The position numbers were made by a program, and so were the translations under genes. A stretch of 64,000 nucleotides of DNA from Eledone cirrhosa (lineage: Eukaryota). Shown piece after piece: positions 61,126 through 64,000 of the stretch. Every line of letters starts with the position of its first letter. The first letter of the stretch is position 1. Location: assembly GCA_964016885.1 (NCBI GenBank), contig OZ024742.1:351416001-351480000 (forward strand), written 5' to 3'. The notes under the pieces are model-generated. The model was not told where the DNA came from, did no database searches, and worked only from the letters and a program-made list of their open reading frames with translations.

Positions 61126-61742
61126 ATATCCTAGAGAAAAACTTCCCGCCAAACCACAAATACCATCAAATCTTAAATATATCAACGGTTAAATTCTCCT
61201 ACTCAACAACCAAAAACATAAAACAAAATATAAGTGCCTATAATGCATATAAACGTAAACAAACCATGAGTATACCAGCAGTACATCAAACTAACCATAA
61301 TATCTCCTCAGATACAAGATTCACGAAAAGTTGTAACTGTAGAAACAAGGCAAACTGTCCAATAAAAGGAAATTGCCTTGTTAATAACATAGTATATAAT
61401 TGTAAAGTTAACACTAAGGACTCAATTTATTCATATATAGGAACTACCTCTAACAAATTTAAGGTAAGATTTAATATCCACAAACATAGTTTTAAAAATG
61501 CCGCACTAGCTAATACAACATCTCTAGCTGAAATAATTAATAGTTATAGAAAGAGGAATATAGATTATGACCTGACCTGGAGTGTGCTCAAAAGGGCCAC
61601 CCCTTATCAAAATAGTAGATATGAATGTAGATTATGTTCCCAAGAACTTTTTGAAATAATGAAATCTAAGGATATCCTATTAAATAAGCGACAGGAATTA
61701 ATAATATCGTGTAATCATAAACTGAGAAAAACCATTAAATAG
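61126..61742 (+). pseudogene. Uninterrupted PLE linker plus GIY-YIG endonuclease (5'-truncated)
   Basis: NFPPNHKYHQILN..VKFSYS..CNCRNKANCPIKGNCLVNNIVYNCKV..YIGTTSNKFKVRFNIHKHSFK..WSVL..CRLCSQE..LLNKRQELIISCNHK. Confidence 0.9.
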
Positions 61743-61987
61743 TATAAACCTAATTAACATACACTTTAGAAATTAATATATAAACTATTTTTAATTTAGT
61801 TAACCTATAATTAATTATCTACTACTGTTGAACTACATAATTCTGCTTTAACTTCAGGTTATGACTCTATGTTCCTTGAAAACTATATATATTTATTATT
61901 TCTCACTAATAAATCCCCCCCCCCCCATAATTATATGTATATGTAAGTGTGTGTATATATATGTATGTATGTATGTATATATGCATG

Positions 61988-62032
<45 letters not shown>

Positions 62033-62776
62033 GTGTATATGTATATGTGTATATATATGTGTATATATATGTGTGTATATGTGTGTGTGTATGTGTATAT
62101 ATATGTGTATATATATATATATATATAAGTATATATATATATTATTTTTATATTCTTTTAATTTCCCCTCATCTTTAACAGCACTTTTCAACTGCATCTA
62201 ACTCTTATTTATCATATCTATATGTATTAGTATAATTTTATCAATATAAATATACCCATCAATTAAAGTAATTTATATTCTTTTCATAGATGTATTTTTT
62301 TCACTAACATTCTTATCGTAAAACTTTAGTCACCTTAGATATTTGTATTGGCATTACTATTTTATAACAGCAACTGCTTGTATACCATTTACTGACCACC
62401 TGACCTATTTTCACCCCTAAAATAAGCTTCAATTACTACTATTTTACCATTTGGCCAATTATTAACTTTCTATTGGTTAATTCTAAACCTCTTACCAAAC
62501 AGACAGAATATATTAGATCTTTGTTGGTTTTGTTCAATGAACAAATAAAATTATTTCTGAGGTCAGCATAAGACCTATTTCTTCCCTAATATAATCCTTC
62601 ATTCATAATATTCTTTTCCATCCAAAACTGAAATCTACCTTCCTCTACCCATAATTTAAGTTTCTATTACTACTATATTACTACCTTGACCCTCACTATC
62701 TCTCTATTGGTCAATTCAATACCTGTTCCCAAACAGACATATTGTATTGAATCTTTGTTTTTTCAAAAAACAAATA

Positions 62777-62918
62777 TCATTATTTCTGAAGACAGCATAT
62801 ATATGTGTAGGTATGTATATTCCCTCTGATAGTTTGTATAAATATTGTACATAGATTTATAGAATATTCATACCAACTCTAACACATATATATCCTAGAA
62901 ACGATCGTAAGATGATGA
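62777..62918 (+). ncRNA. Type I hammerhead, family K, with ~105-nt stem II
   Basis: Stem I UCAUUAUUU/AGAUGAUGA; CUGAAGA at 62786; AUAUAUAUGUGU/ACACAUAUAUAU; GAAAC-GAUC-GUA; inverted copy at 60684-60825. Confidence 0.75.
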
Positions 62919-62970
62919 ATTTTTGTTAATATAAGGAACTGTTTCTTGTTTATTCATTATTTTATTAATT

Positions 62971-63033
<63 letters not shown>

Positions 63034-63066
63034 CTTTATATATATATATATATATATATATAAATA

Positions 63067-63098
<32 letters not shown>

Positions 63099-63102
63099 AA
63101 TA

Positions 63103-64000
<898 letters not shown>

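Larger units (their letters stand above)
60495..62968 (+). mobile_element. 5'-truncated Hydra-like PLE: ~630-bp inverted pLTR, EN, 3' UTR, pLTR (family K)
   Basis: 60645-61120 is the reverse complement of ~62475-62968. Confidence 0.9.

Overview
AT-rich eukaryotic (animal) genomic DNA, full of (TA)n/(CA)n/(GA)n microsatellites. The SINE types and repeat landscape suggest a coleoid cephalopod such as Octopus; this is inference. I cannot support any intact host protein-coding gene, and almost all listed ORFs are microsatellite artefacts. The window is mostly retroelement remains. These are a near-full-length degenerate Penelope-like element (PLE; RT plus GIY-YIG, Naiad-like) at about 28.2-32.0 kb, a Neptune-like PLE RT at the right edge, and four or five 5'-truncated PLE endonuclease remnants of the Cys-rich Hydra-like type. 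There are also RTE-clade and RLE-type LINE fragments, a non-autonomous Helitron, two tRNA-derived SINE families and a 30-bp minisatellite. The main hidden signal came from folding by eye: about a dozen unrelated type I hammerhead-ribozyme families (over 25 copies) in PLE pseudo-LTR-like units that sit in (TA)n tracts, often as fold-back or tandem pairs. They include U3-A8 covariant cores, CUU cleavage triplets, very long stem II insertions and a tandem retrozyme-like unit. Minus-strand splice signals, including a CAG|GTAAGT recursive-splice-like site, hint that the window lies in a long intron. All RNA structures and clade assignments are manual and unverified by computation, and element boundaries are approximate.
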